Assembly (NCBI RefSeq): GCF_006345805.1
Contig: NC_043016.1
Location: 11,532,001-11,596,000, forward strand
Direction: 5' to 3'
Length of the DNA: 64,000 nucleotides
Source: Octopus sinensis
Lineage: Eukaryota
A program made the translations under genes and the position numbers. Position 1 is the stretch's first letter. Each line of letters starts with the position of its first letter. The notes beneath the pieces were generated by a model that saw only the letters and a program-made list of their open reading frames with translations, did no database searches and was not told the DNA's origin. This document shows, in pieces, positions 48,726-60,249 of the stretch.

Positions 48726-49214
48726 TGCTAAAGGAAATGGGTTGAACCCATAGTGTTATGACATTTAAGAAAAGATTAAATAGATTATTAAAGAACACCA
48801 TGTTCGGATTGGCATTATGTTATATTCCATGTTTGCTTTCTCTGTGTTTATTTTAGGCTATTTCTCATGAAATCTTTCCAACTTTACTCTGTTGGTCATT
48901 ATCATACATATATATTTTTTATTAGTCAAATGTTAAAAGGTCAGAGTTCAGTGACCACCGCTCCTCTCATCGACAGGATTTCTCGGACTGGAGTTGAATA
49001 AATGGTTGGGTCTAATAACACAAGTGTTTGGTTTGCATTGCTGTCAAGGAGACAGGAATAGTATATTATTCTGCTATTAATCACACAATCAAATGTTGCT
49101 ATAGATTGCTGGTTGCAATGCATTCTTGCATTGTTTTAGCTTTTGGATGATGCCATCTCGCTGGCAAGGTGAGCAAGCCAACATTGCACCTGATCAGAAG
49201 ATTAGTTCATCACC

Positions 49215-49345
49215 GGGTGGTTCATTTACAGCTGAGTGGACTGGAGCACCAAGAAATTAAGTATTTTACCTCAGAATGCAATGAGCTGCCCAGTCTGGGA
49301 ATCAAACCTGTGATTGGTAAATCTTGAGTGCAACACCCTAATCGC
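49215..49345 (-). mobile_element. SINE family D-like fragment
   Basis: TTTACAGCTGAGTGGACTGGAGC..GGGAATCAAACC..GAGTGCAACACCCTAA. Confidence 0.65.
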
Positions 49346-49404
49346 TAATAATAGAAAGCATTAATAGAGAAATAATAGCTCGTAATTCATAATTTGATAT
49401 CAGC

Positions 49405-49695
49405 ACAGGAATGGCTGTGTGGTAAGTAGCTTGCTTACCAACCACATGGTTCCGTGTTCAGTCCCTCTGCATGGCACCTTGGGCAAATATCTTCTACTGT
49501 AGCTTCAGGCTCACCAAAGTCTTGTAAGTGATATTTGGTAGATGGAAACTGCAAGAAGCCCATTATTGTGTGTGCGTGTGTCTACCATCGCTTGACAACC
49601 GATGTTGGTGTGTTTACATCCCCATAACTTAGCAGTTTGGAAAAAGAGACCAATAGAATAAGTACTAGACTTACAAAGAATAAGTCCTGGGGTCA
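49405..49695 (+). mobile_element. SINE family A, 3' truncated
   Basis: Head through GAATAAGTCCTGGGGTC. Confidence 0.88.
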
Positions 49696-49719
49696 AATCT
49701 TGGAGAGACTGCCTCTGTT

Positions 49720-50880
49720 AGCCTTGCCTTTAATTCAGGATGTTGGATAACCATCTTGAAGTAATTAGGATTGTTCATATCCTACCACCAGTATTATGCT
49801 GTCATCTGAGAAAGACACTTTTCAATGCCCTTGTCCACCTGGCTGTTAGGAGGTTCCACACGGTGGAATAGTTCACCATTTTAGTTACATAGTTCCCTGA
49901 GTACCTTTGTACTGGTAGAGATTTAATTTTTGAATAAGCAAATAATCAGTAAAAAAAAACCCTATAACTTCCTCAACAAGAAAAGAAAAAGAAAAGCAAG
50001 TGGCGTTAAGCAACAGAAAATTGGTGGATGGGGGTAACAGATGGCATGTTTAGCCACACCTTCATTGCAAAGGTGTGGCTGTGGAGAATGACTAGTGACA
50101 TTCGCTGCAGCAACCACCCCACCTTGCAGTGGTCGTTTCTCAGACATGCTGCAGTTACCTGGATTTTGCGGAAATAATGGGGCTTTACATAAAATCCCAA
50201 CATGTATCACAAGTTAAACTTTAGGCCTGTTTGTCCATGGAAACAGATAGCGCTTTTGTGGCACCTTGGGCAGGTGTCTTCTGCTATAGCTTCGGGCCTA
50301 CCAAAGCTTTGTGGGTGGATTTGGTAGACAGAAACTGAAAGAAGCCCATCGTATGTATGTATGTATGCTGATTTAACTTGGGTAGATATTGAGCCAACCT
50401 GGGAACTTCTATGAAGTCATAGCCTATTAGAAATAACAACCAAATCTCCTTTAAATCAATCACTGTCATCTTAATTTAGGAAAGGACATGTTGGATAACA
50501 CTGTCTTATACTCGCAAAAGGTGAGATGGTTCTATCTGGAATGCTTTTGATCATAGGTCTGTTCAACCAGGGTTGACTCAGGGCTAAACAGCTTCAACAC
50601 TGGATGCCAGTGCTATAAGACAATGATGTCTTCAGCTTATATAGATTTTTTTTTTATTGTTAATAATTCTTTTTCTCTTTCTATGAATTAGTCACAGGAG
50701 GATGGCCAGAATCCATGACCTTTCCAAAGTCTATGTGACAGGTGTCAGAGGTGGCAATGGGGATTGGGAGGGAAGATGACTTAGAGATTGGTGCAGTAGG
50801 AAGTAGAACATCAAGATTTCCAGTTATCTTAGAATGCTTGCAAAGAGGGGCTGGGATGGTAGGCTTCACTAAAGACATCC
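49720..50880 (-). pseudogene. Possible CR1/L2-like LINE fossil in two pieces (APE end 50690-50880; post-RT 49720-49900), interrupted by other repeats
   Basis: GNLDVLLPTAP..LPIPIATSD resembles APE 'LDLFLT..PLGSSDH'; YSTVWNL..ALKSV resembles 'YCS.VWSP..LE.VQ'. Confidence 0.4.
50405..50600. repeat. Interspersed repeat family F
   Basis: TAGAAATAACAACCAAATCTCC..GGAATGCTTTTGATCATAGGTCTG..GGGCTAAAC; related to 4520-4696. Confidence 0.55.
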
Positions 50881-50947
50881 AAGGGGTGGTGGCAGCAGCA
50901 ATAGTGTGGTGATGGTGGTGGTGGTGGTGGTGGTGGTGGTGGTGGTG

Positions 50948-51170
50948 GTGGCAGAAACGTTAGCACGCCGGGCGAAATGCTTAGCGGTATTTCGTCTGCG
51001 TTACGTTGTGAGTTCAAATTCCGCCGAGGTCGACTTTGCCTTTCATCCTTTTGGGGTCGATAAATTAAGTACCAGTTACGCACTGGGGTTGATGTAATCG
51101 ACTTAATACCTATGTCTGTCCTTGTTTGTCTGCTCTGTGTTTAGCCCCTTGTGGGTAGTAAAGAAATAGG
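50948..51170 (+). mobile_element. SINE family B, young, inserted into (GGT)n
   Basis: Near-identical to the 24389 and 44716 copies; (GGT)n on both flanks. Confidence 0.92.
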
Positions 51171-51659
51171 TGGTGGTGGTGACAACAGAGAGGTGGTAGT
51201 GGCAATGGTGGTGGTGATTAATGGCAATAAATCAGACAGTGAATTTAAGGTGTAACACACAAGTTAGTCCCACAGCAACATAATTATTGCATTAAATACT
51301 AAAGTGATTTATGAGGAATTTTTCTTTTGCTAGCTCAAGCAGAGAATATTTTTATGGCTCAACACCCTTCTCAATGGCTATGTGAGAATGGCACTTATTC
51401 TCTATTAGTTAAACTAAAACCCACGAGTTAACAATGCTTGGTTTTTTTACTTTTGGCTTTAACTATCCGAAAACAGGTGACTTTATCGTAATTATTCTAC
51501 ACAAAGGATTTTGCCATGTTGAAGAAATGTTAACAAAGAATCAGATATAAGTATTAAGAAATATTATCAAAGTATTTATCTTGCTACAGAATCGTTATGG
51601 ATAAAAGTATTTTTGGTGACCTGAATCTCATTGACTTTCAATTATATTTCTGGACGTTC

Positions 51660-52350
51660 TTTGTAAGCCCAGTACTTATTCTATCGGTCTCTTTTGCCGA
51701 ACCGCTAAGTAACGGGGACATAAATACACCAGCATCGGTTGTCAAGCAATGCTAGGTGGACAGACACACAAACACACACGCACACACATATATATATACA
51801 TATATACAATGGGCTTCTTTCAGTTTCCGTCTACCAAATCCACTCACAAGGCTTTGGTCGGCCCGAGGCTATAGTAGAAGACACTTGCCCAAAGTGTCAC
51901 ACAGTGGGACTGAACCCGGAACCATGTGGTTGGTAAGCAAGCTACTTACCACACAGCCACTCCTGTCGCAAATTCTGCTAAAATATTTTGAAAACATGGC
52001 TTTTAATAGTTTTTATGTACAGGCATTGCTGTGTTGGTGAGAAGTTTGCATCCTGACCACATGGTTCCGGGTTTAGTTCTCATTCTATGGCACCATGAGC
52101 AAGTGTCTTCTAATATAGCCTTGGGCCAACCAAACAAAGTCTTGTGAATGGATTTGGTTGATGGAAACTTTAACAAGCCCATCGTGTGTGTGTGTGTGTG
52201 TGTGCTTGTCCCTGCCCCCACTGCTTGACAGTTTATTTACTTCCCTGTAATTTTGCAATTCAACAAAAGAAACTGATAGAATAAGTACCAGGCTTTAAAA
52301 AAATTGAGTATTGGGGGTGATTTGTTCGATTAAAACCCTTCAAAGCAGTG
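51660..52350. mobile_element. Head-to-head SINE family A pair (51660-51965 minus; 52020-52350 plus)
   Basis: Both heads visible about 55 bp apart. Confidence 0.85.
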
Positions 52351-52500
52351 CCCCAGGAGACATCATCTCCAGCTGGCTATACGACACAATTTATGTCCTT
52401 ATATTTTCTATAACACAATTCATCGACTATATATTTTTATATTAATTTATTTTGACAGATTTAGCAATTGAATTTGAAAATAACTATTAGCATCCTCTCT

Positions 52501-52534
<34 letters not shown>

Positions 52535-52668
52535 CTCTCTCTCTCTCTTTCTCTGACCTTTTTCAAGGAAGAAGGGTTGGTGGTGGAACATGATCAAAAT
52601 ACCATTTTATTTCTTCTTCTTTCGATTCTCTTCGGTGAACTATTTCAAAATATCTTTCATTTCAATAG

Positions 52669-52725
52669 GTCAGCTTTCATTGGAATCCATCACAGGTATA
52701 GAATCTCAACTGCCTTCTTCACACA
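52669..52725 (+). CDS. Candidate second coding exon (27 nt to 52695, or 57 nt to 52725)
   Basis: ATCTTTCATTTCAATAG|G acceptor; phase 1 matches the upstream donor and gives ..DEGIL-GQLSLESIT(GIESQLPSSH); donors CAG|GTATAG and CACA|GTCAGT are both phase 1. Confidence 0.45.
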
Positions 52726-53034
52726 GTCAGTTTCTCAGGCAGTTTGCATTCTGTTTCTTTAGTAATCCTTTCTCAACTGGGCTTAGAACCAGATATATTG
52801 AAGATCACACTGTGCCAGAAGCACCTTGCTACCTTATAATGTTTCACTACATGTAAAAACCTAAGTCTAAGCCAAAGTCTTCATTCAGTCAACCCTGATA
52901 CACACACACACACAGCTTTTTTTTTTCACAGACTCATGTATCAACTGTGATGATAGAAATTTTAAATTTCACATCTAAATTCAGTTAGTACATGGATGAG
53001 TCTAGCTTCTGACCAATGTAAATTTTTTGTTATA

Positions 53035-53330
53035 TTAACCTTTTCATTACCATATTTCTGTTTTAATTAATTTTAAAACTGATGAAGAATTTAATAAAAT
53101 AACAGTCACTATTAACCCTTTAGCATTTAAACCAGTTATATCTGGCCAAAATAAATTCTACCTGTTTTATGTTCAAACTGGCCAGATCCAGTCTCTCACA
53201 CCTACCCTACAGTATCATTTTAAGAATATACAAATTTCAAAGCTATGAGATAATGCAGGATTAATTCAAAACAAGGTAAATAAATAATCTTTACATCTGA
53301 CAGAGTAATCTGAACGCTGGAAGAGTTAAG
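53035..53330. mobile_element. Family 1 MITE fragment abutting a family 2 TTAA MITE (53113-53330)
   Basis: TTAACCCTTTAGCATTTAAACCAG..GAAGAGTTAA. Confidence 0.8.
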
Positions 53331-53889
53331 CTTGTTGCTCAGAACATGAATTAAAGTATAATTTTATTTTGATTGTTTTAAAAAATGAATTTTCTATCAT
53401 AGAACCAAGGGGATTCTCAGGTAGACTGGTATTAAAAAAAAAGGTGGGGGGGTTAAACAGGATCACTAATTGACTGAGGTTCATTCAACCAACAGTGCCT
53501 CTCTTTCTCTCTCTGTCAACTCTCCGCAGAAATATTGGTTATGCATCTGAAAAAGAAATAAATTTCTGGTTTTAGCTCAAGGCCTACTGTTTTTTGGAGG
53601 GGTGAGGAGGTTAGTCAAGTACTATCAGCCCCTAGTACTTGACTAGTATTTTGTTTCATTGATCTTGAAAGAATGAAAGATATTTTTGACTTTGGTGGGA
53701 TCTGAACTTGGAATGTAGAGAGCTTAGTTAAATATCATAAGAGATTTTGTCTGAGACTCTGACAAGTCTACCAACCAACCATCCTTATAATGGTTTTGAA
53801 TTTAGGCATGAGGAAGAAATAAATATAGGTGCATGTATGGCTGTGTGGTAAGAAGTTTGTTTTCCAACTCCATGGTTCTGAGATCAGTT

Positions 53890-54140
53890 CATTCATTCAT
53901 CCATTGTTTGACCGTGGTCGAGACAATGGAATTTACTATGTTACGCCAGACTTCACAATCTATCACAGCATTACGGAGGTCCTGTTGCTGGATGCCTATA
54001 TCCCTGGAGATTACATCAGGGTAGGAGAGTGTGCGCCCTCTGGTATCATGAGTAGATGGCTTCCAGAGGAGAAGAGTAGAAATTAACTCGTTTTCAGCTC
54101 TGCAACAATGTCCAGCAAACTGGACTCTTCTACATTTCAC
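53890..54140 (-). pseudogene. 3' end of a second RTE-type LINE, inserted into a family A SINE (head 53830-53885, remainder 54190-54510)
   Basis: RRVQFAGHCCRAENELISTLLLWKP..RGRTLSYPDVISRDIG..VWRNIVNSIVSTT followed by a (TGAA)-type tail. Confidence 0.85.
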
Positions 54141-54654
54141 AAGAGATGATACAAGTGGTAATTTCCCATATATTTGTACTTTGGTTGGATGATGCTTGGT
54201 ACCTTGGGTGTCTTCTATTGCCTTGGCTCACCCACAGCCTTGTAAGTGGACTTGGTAGATGGAAACTGAATGAAGCCCATTGTATGTATGTGTGTATGTC
54301 TTTGAATCTGCATTTGTCACCCACCACTGCTTGACAATGGTGTTGGTGTGTTTATGTATCCATAAACTTAGTGGTTTAGCAAAAAATACTGATAGAATAA
54401 AATACCAGGCTTTAAAAAAAAAATTAAGTACCAGGATCGATTCATTCAAATGAAAATTCTTCAAGGTCGCAGTCAAATTCCACATGACTGAAATAAGTAA
54501 ACTATAAAAGATAAGATAGAATGAAGTGATGGAAACAAAAATAAATGAGATGCAAACATCTCAAAGTGACATCATGTAGTAGAATTCATCTTCATGATCA
54601 ATCAATCAATATGAAAAATATACTGTCGTACGAGGAAAGTCTGTTTCTTATTTA

Positions 54655-54880
54655 AACCGTTCGGCATTCAGATTACTCTTATCAAATGTTATATTCATTC
54701 ATTCACATTGTTTTGAATTAATCATGTGTCATCTTGTAGCTTTGAGATTTTGATGATGCATTTGTTTACTTTTGGAATGACATTGCAGGGTAGTTGTAAG
54801 AGGCCTGATCTGGTCTCAGTTTGAACACAAAACATGTAGAATATTTGGGCCTGGTATGGCTGGTTTGAATGCTAAAGCAT
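54655..54880. mobile_element. Family 2 TTAA MITE
   Basis: GCATTCAGATTACTCT..TTGAATGCTAAAG. Confidence 0.8.
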
Positions 54881-55029
54881 TATGTATGTCAAAATATGAT
54901 TTGTACTGTTCACCCTCTCTAATGGCTATTAAAAAAAATGAGGGAGTGTTCCACCTGAGTATTCATGTATTCAATGAGAAGTGAACCAAGATCGCATTGT
55001 TGAGCATGCCCAAACTGACTCAGCTGTCA

Positions 55030-55275
55030 TTTTAACCCGTTTTGATACCAACGAACCCAAGTCTGCCCCTGGTCCTGTAGTACAAAATCCATGTTTTAAA
55101 ATAATCAAAATATAAAGCTTTCATTAAGATTTTATGTTAATTTATGCTAATTTATGTTAGTGACAACCAGCTTAAATAGTAGTAGTGTTAGTTTACTAAA
55201 TTCTTCATTAATTTCAAAATTAATTAAATCAAAGGCAGTGCATTTCAGCAGAAATATGGTAACAAAAGGGTTAAT
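55030..55275. mobile_element. Family 1-related TTAA MITE, solo
   Basis: TTAACCCGTTTTGATACC...GGTAACAAAAGGGTTAA. Confidence 0.85.
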
Positions 55276-55364
55276 TTTGTAATTGAAAAAATTATATATT
55301 TTAAAAATCCACAGTCCGCCATCATTTGGTGCTGCAATGCACAAATTGATTACTGACCTACAGA

Positions 55365-55755
55365 GTCTCTCTCTCTCCCCCTCTCCATTCTCTCCTTTTT
55401 CTTTGTCTCCTCTCCCTATCTCTATTTTTCTCTCCTCTTTCTCCCTCTCTTTTCCTCTCCCTTCTTTCCTTCCTCTCTCCCTCTTTCTCTTTTCTCCCTT
55501 TTTCTTTCTCTTCTATTTCTCTGTCTCCTCTCTTTCTCTTCTTTCACTTTCCCCTCTCTCCCTTCTCTCCTTTTTCTTTGTCTCCTCTCCCTATCTCTTT
55601 TTTCTCTCCCTCCCTCTCTTTTTCTCTCCCTCTCTCCTCTTTTCTCTCCTTTCTCTTTCTCTTTTATTTCTCTCTCCCTCTCTTTCTCTCTTTCCATTTC
55701 CCCCCCTCTCCATCTCTTTTTCTCCTACCCACTCTCTCACCCTAACCCTCTCTTT
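55365..55755. repeat. Approximately 390-bp polypyrimidine/polypurine tract
   Basis: Almost only C and T on the plus strand. Confidence 0.95.
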
Positions 55756-56343
55756 TGTCAGGCCGATGACAATCAACTTCCCAAATTCCACATGAGCCAC
55801 TTGAAAAAACAGAAGCAGTATCAGTCTAGCTGTTCACATTATAAACTTTTATATATTACAGCACTTATGTTAATTGGTATATTGATGTCATGTTAATGGT
55901 TATGTCAACATTAAAAAAAAAAAAACAGCAAAAAAAACTTGTAAAGCCAAACAAAAATACATGAATTGGATAAGGAAAATATTAGTGTTGCTCATAGCTG
56001 CAAATTAAATGATAATAATAATGGTCTCCAAAAATGAACTTTAAACCAATATTTGTCCATTTCTGGTAGTATACCATATTCTCCAAACTAAGTAGCATTA
56101 TCCTATAGTTGAAATATGCCTCATAAATCCACCTCATACTTATATATATATATATATAGGTGTGTATGTATACAATATGTATGTGTGAGTGCATATAATG
56201 CTTGTTTTTATGTTCAATTATAATAAAAGCATATTATTATATATTTTGGGATGGTCGTTTTTTTATTTTTTTTTTCAACAAATAAACAACCCATACACTG
56301 TATAGTCATTCTCCACTTCAAATTTATTTTATTTAATGTTCTT

Positions 56344-56534
56344 ATTTTATGTCATTTGTCTGGAAATCTTTCGTCACGCGTCCTGTGACCTTTTCAGCAA
56401 CTCTCCCACATGTCTCCTCCCCTGTTTTGTTTAGAATGGACTGAACAGAACAGGAGGAGACACATGGGATGGAGAGCCATTGAAGAGGTCACAGGATGTG
56501 TGACAAAACAATTTCCAGACAAATGACATAAAAT
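56344..56534. repeat. Inverted duplication in which each arm carries a decayed hammerhead-like motif
   Basis: Left arm (minus) CTGAAAA-GGTCAC(AGGACGC)GTGAC-GAAA; right arm (plus) TTGAAGA-GGTCAC(AGGATGT)GTGAC-AAAA; both end in TTTCCAGACAAATGACATAAAAT. Confidence 0.7.
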
Positions 56535-56613
56535 ACAAACTAACAAAGCTAAAGTGAATAATGTACATGTGTTTTATAGTGCATGTTTATTTGGCAAAAA
56601 AAAATTTTTTTTT

Positions 56614-56839
56614 TAACCCTTTAGTATTTAAACCAGCCATATCTGGCCAAAATATTTCATCTGTTTTATGTTCAAACTGACCAGATCCAGGCTCTCACAC
56701 CTACCCTACAATGTTATTCTACATTAAGTAATTACAACATCAAGATCTTGAAGATATGAGACAATGCATGATTAATTAAAATCAATGGGAATCAATAAGC
56801 ATTATGTTTGATAGAATAATCTGAACACGAAAGGGTTAA
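56614..56839. mobile_element. Family 2 TTAA MITE
   Basis: TTAACCCTTTAGTATT...GAAAGGGTTAA. Confidence 0.88.
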
Positions 56840-57169
56840 AGAGCATCCCAAAACATAACAATATCTGTTTCAACACATAGTTTCACATCAGGAATCTTGC
56901 AAAAAAAAAATACATAAAAATATAATAAAAACAATTTTACATTAATCTGATGAGCTACTCAATACTTTTGTAAAGTATAAATGTATTATTCTAAAACTAG
57001 AATATTGTTGACAGTGACTTCAACAGAGACAGTATAAAGCCAAGATTAATTTCAATGCATCACAGTCCAACAACAGCTTAACTTGCTAAAATTTCAAAGT
57101 CACTCTCAATAATATTTTTGTTTAATAATAATAATAGTAATATTTGGATAATAATAATAATTTGGATAA

Positions 57170-57452
57170 TTCACCTTTGGAAACAGGTGGTTCGTTCAAC
57201 ATCCTTAAACAATCCTTATTCAGGGACCTTTTGAGCAAGATGGGCTATTTGACCAGAAGAAAATTCTAACTGGGCTCTCACCTGCAAGGTCATGTGCTGT
57301 TTATCTTGATATGAGATCACCATGTCGCACACATATGGTTGTGATGCATGTGCCTGATGTACCCTTATCAGACGGGTAGTCATGATGGGTATACTGGGCT
57401 TTGTATATTTTACCCCAGTGTCACTTTGATGGCATGCACTGCTCTCTCACTC
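57170..57452 (+). mobile_element. LINE-like 3' end, family E, with (TAA)n tail
   Basis: Ends GCACTGCTCTCTCACTCA then (TAA)n; TAA-rich 5' flank. Confidence 0.75.
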
Positions 57453-57697
57453 AAATTAATAATAATAATAATAATTAAACAGGAAAGTGGAAATTTTTTT
57501 GGAGTTATTTATTCTCCATTACACATGTTTCATTTGCTAATGGAATCAGAAAGATTTGCATGTTTGGTGGACATGTAAGGAATTTCTTATTTGAAAACTG
57601 TCAGACAGAGAAAAAATTTTATAATTCATAATCTATCTTAACTGGTCAAAATTTCAAAGTCATTGTCAATAATATTTTTAAGAATAATAATATATAT

Positions 57698-57985
57698 CAT
57701 CATCATCATCATTGTTTAACACTGTTTTACATGCTGGCATGGGTTGGACGGTTTGACTGAGGACTAGCAAGCCCAGAGGTTGCACCAGGCTCCAATCTGA
57801 TGTGGTAAGGTTTCTACAGCTGGATGCCCTTCCTAACATCAACCCCTCCGAGAGTCTAGTGAGTGTTATTTACATGCCACCAGTACAGGAACCAGTCAGG
57901 GACACTGGTATTAACCATGTTCAGATGGTGCTTTTTATGTCCCACCAGCATGGGAAACCAGTCAAGCAGAACTGGCATCGACAAG
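57698..57985 (-). mobile_element. RTE LINE 3' end (family C)
   Basis: (CAT)n, GGATGCCCTTCCTAAC, repeat units. Confidence 0.85.
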
Positions 57986-58003
57986 TTGGTCAAACAAGAA
58001 AAC

Positions 58004-58330
58004 TTTAACCCTTTTGTTACCATATTTTTGTTGAGATACACTGTATTTCAATTAATTTTGAAAATAAGAGCTTAATGAAATAATTTCATCATCATTATTA
58101 AGATGGTTTATAGTAGATAAAAATAACACAAAATTTTGATGGAAGCTTTTAATTTGGATCACCTTAACCCTTAAGTTACTATATCTCTGTTGAAAAACAC
58201 TGATTTTACTTTAATTAATTTTGAAAATAATGAATTTATTATTAATCTGGTGTTTGGAAATAAATTAACATGAAATCTTGATAGGTTTTAATTTAGATTT
58301 AGATAAAGTCTGTATGATAGAACCCCTGGT
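58004..58330. mobile_element. Two adjacent family 1-related MITE pieces (further piece at about 59070-59270)
   Basis: TTAACCCTTTTGTTACCATATTT start; second TTAACCCTT start at about 58164. Confidence 0.65.
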
Positions 58331-58584
58331 TCCATCATATATTGAGCAGGTCTCAGGTGACCTGCTCAATATAAGAGAATCCTATTTGAGGTGGTAGAAT
58401 CAGTGGAAACATCAGTATTACAGCTTTTAATTCTATTCCTCTACATTCCAATTTGGCCCCGGCTGGTGTTGTTTAGCAATCCTGATGAAAGGCATTCCAT
58501 CTGGGAACATTTCATGTTTTTCCCAAGTACAAATTATGTGTTATATTTTTTTAATTGTATTTTAGTAATTCTTTTATAATCATA

Positions 58585-59065
58585 CTAGCAGTATCGCTCG
58601 GGTTTGTAAGGGAAATAACTATATAAGCATTTTTAGAGTTGTAGCCAAAAAATAGCAAAAAAATGCATTAAAAATGGGGAAAAAATGATGGTAAATTTTT
58701 TTTAAATCGTTGACTCATCGTAGACATTTTTAGAGAGTTACTTCCCTTATCGAAAAAATGCATTAAAATGGAAAAAAATGATGGTAAATTATTTTTAAAA
58801 TCGTAGACTCATCGTAGACATTTTTAGAGAGTTACTTCCCTTATATAATAGCGAAAAAATGCATTGAAAGGGAAAAAAATGATGGTAAATTATTTTTAAA
58901 ATCGTAGACTCTCATAGACGCGCGCTAATACCCAGAAGGGCTCAATGTGAATCACGACTATAAGATACCCGGTTTTGGTTAAACTGCACCGCAAAATGTG
59001 GGAGTAGTTAGGAATCTAAGTTGTAGGAGACAGACAGCACACAACCTCACTTTTATATATAAAGA
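58585..59065 (-). mobile_element. Non-autonomous Helitron, same family as 23358
   Basis: On minus: A|TC...CTAG|T ends; internal approximately 95-bp unit repeated; 3' hairpin shortened. Confidence 0.85.
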
Positions 59066-59934
59066 TTTTTCTTCAAATACATTGCCATTGATTCAATAAA
59101 ATTTTGAAAATAATGAAGAATTTAGTAAAATAATTTTGTCATTATTAAGACGAGATTTGGAACTTAAATTAATCTGAAATTTTGAAGTAAGGTTTTAATT
59201 TAAATATTTAAAAACATGAAGTTTGTATATAGACCCAGAGGTGGTCTATGATTGGTTGGTATCAAAAATCTAAAGTGGTAGGGTTTGGCCTGATAGTGAT
59301 TGTGCCACCGTTTCTAATAGATTGGACGACTACACAAGGTTATGTCTTTTGTTTGTTCTAAGAGGGTAGGTTGAAATGATGAAGATCCTGAGTTTCTGAT
59401 AGGAAAAAAATAATAAATAAAAACAGGTTTACCCTCATGGGATCTAACTACAGATAAATGAAAGCCTGAAGGGAAATTGTCATATAATGATGGTTGGAAT
59501 CTGATACAGACAAATGATACACAGAAATATCATGCAGAACATTGCAGAGCTCAAATCTTGCCAAATATGCACCAGTTACTGTATTTAATTGACTAAAATA
59601 TAATCTTTTATGCAGAATTTGGCCTTGTTTCAAAACAATTTCTCAAGTGAGAAATCAGACTCCACAGTCATAAACAATTAGTTGAAGTATTAAATTAGTT
59701 TCTTAGCTTTGTTTACATTATCGCTACAGATGCTAAACCCCCACCAACTCTGACAGTCTCTTCTAAGAATTGCACATCCTCAACATGGCAAAGACTTCAG
59801 AACCGGAAAATACTTTTAAATCTCCTGCAACAATAACAATAATTCTTTACTAAAATTCAGATGAAACTCACAATGGCGTACTTGCTCTTACACATGGGAT
59901 AGAGTTACTACTATTTATTTATCTGAACAGCTAT

Positions 59935-60245
59935 TTACTGTCTTTCTATCTGTTTCTCTTGATATATTTGTTTGTCTGTCAACCTGTCTGTCTTTCTATT
60001 CCTCTTTGTTGATCTGTCTCTCTTTATCTTTATGTCTGTTTGTCTATCTGTCTGAGTAGCTATCTCTGTTTCTATTTGTCTATCTGTCCATCTGCCTATC
60101 TATCTGTTTGTTTATCTGTCACCCAGTATGTCTCTCAATCTGGCTATCTGTCTTTCTATTCATCTGCCTATCAGCTTGTCTGTTTGTCTGTCTGTCTGTT
60201 TCTGTTGATCTATCTGTTTAATCAGTATAACTGTTTATTTGTCTG
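59935..60245. repeat. Degenerate (TCTG/TCTA)n tract
   Basis: Directly visible. Confidence 0.9.
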
Positions 60246-60249
60246 TGTA

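Noticed and set aside
55283-55800. 170-aa S/L/F/P-rich ORF and antisense R/E/K-rich ORFs
   Set aside because: Produced by the polypyrimidine tract; the same applies to 36504-36785 and the (TA/CA)n ORFs at 14869-15273.
56946-57005. Hammerhead at CTGATGAGCTACTC..
   Set aside because: No intact GAAA box or stem II pairing.
59730-59880. Terminal coding exon of the plus-strand gene
   Set aside because: Acceptor-like sites exist, but all compatible frames stop within a few codons and nothing distinguishes it from chance.
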